This document shows, in pieces, positions 63,436 to 64,000 of a DNA stretch of 64,000 nt (the stretch's first letter is position 1; each line of letters opens with the position of its first letter). The notes under the pieces are model-generated. The model was not told the origin of the DNA, did no database searches, and was given only the letters and a program-made list of their open reading frames with translations. Made by a program: the position numbers and the translations under genes. This DNA is from Marsupella aquatica. Its lineage: Eukaryota; Plantae; Marchantiophyta. The DNA lies in NCBI GenBank assembly GCA_973895155.1, contig OZ316891.1:6605708-6669707 (forward strand), read 5' to 3'.

Positions 63436-63978
63436 ATGACTACTCCGCTGAGCTCGAAGAATGAAGATATTCCGACGGACGATTCAGAAGGTTTGACGTA
63501 TCGAATTCGTGGTACTCCTTACAGAATGTGTCAGCGATGTAATATAATGTTTACGGTGACTAAATCGGGTAAAATGTTTTGTGAGAGACGACATTGTTCG
63601 CCACATTTGTCGATGGAAGATCAGATGGAGACCAATCCGACAGAGATGACTACAAAGATGGCACCAGGGGAGAAGTTAAAAGGCAAAGCCCTCGGGGAAT
63701 CCATTTCGAGGGGGGAGAAGTTGAAGGCCAGAGCATGCATCGAATCCATTTCGGGGGAAGCAGCAGCAGACGCTAAGACAGTCAAGAAGGAGGCCAAGAA
63801 AGTGGACGCACCGAAGAAAAGGCAATTAGAGATGAACGAAGATTCTGATTTGTATTACAGAAAGAGAAAGCCGAGAAAATCTATGGACGTTAGGACTTGG
63901 GCAAAGGAAGAATTTCTGGATTCAAGGGAATCCACACCAGACACCGATGAGTGGATGCCTTCATCTTGGAATGACTGA
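63436..63978 (+). CDS. Hypothetical 180-aa protein with a Cys/His cluster and a Lys-rich tail, divergent from transposase 2 (probable cargo)
   Basis: Clean ATG-TGA ORF; CQRC...CERRHC; basic NLS-like RKRKPRK; TATAAA at ~63301. Confidence 0.45.
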   Translation: MTTPLSSKNEDIPTDDSEGLTYRIRGTPYRMCQRCNIMFTVTKSGKMFCERRHCSPHLSMEDQMETNPTEMTTKMAPGEKLKGKALGESISRGEKLKARACIESISGEAAADAKTVKKEAKKVDAPKKRQLEMNEDSDLYYRKRKPRKSMDVRTWAKEEFLDSRESTPDTDEWMPSSWND

Positions 63979-64000
63979 CTCAATCGAAGTCAACAATATT

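Noticed and set aside
1-64000. tRNA/rRNA genes and LTR retrotransposon gag-pol
   Set aside because: None recognised by eye; tRNAscan-SE, Infernal and LTRharvest were not run.

Overview
Eukaryotic, intron-containing plant DNA, most likely from a seed-free land plant such as a bryophyte (inference from gene content). There are two apparently intact host genes: an 8-exon peptidyl-serine alpha-galactosyltransferase (SERGT1-like, + strand, 38983-44892) and a glycine-rich RRM protein (- strand, 50828-51361). A decayed non-canonical NLR (helical N-terminus, NB-ARC, ARM, TPR, no LRR) lies on the - strand at about 4150-10248. The rest is mostly transposon-derived. The main feature is a ~20 kb element (16000-35962) bounded by 25-bp terminal inverted repeats. 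It encodes a Sola-like (DUF7869-type) DDD transposase on the - strand. On the + strand it carries an F-box-like gene and a spliced gene that appears to fuse a prokaryote-type beta-class amino (N6A/N4C) DNA methyltransferase to a Ulp1 SUMO protease. Its introns, promoters and transposase 5' region hold ~80-110 bp-periodic arrays of a conserved ~42-bp palindrome (GGGATAC-N3-GTATCCC or GGGATCC-N2-GGATCCC). Together these look like a transposon-borne epigenetic marking or anti-silencing system (inference); this copy is pseudogenised. Also present: a second, divergent Sola-like transposase (58861-62284), a CACTA end, two hAT-type MITEs, L1 and CRE-like LINE fragments, and several satellites. All calls are from reading motifs by eye; no database search was run.
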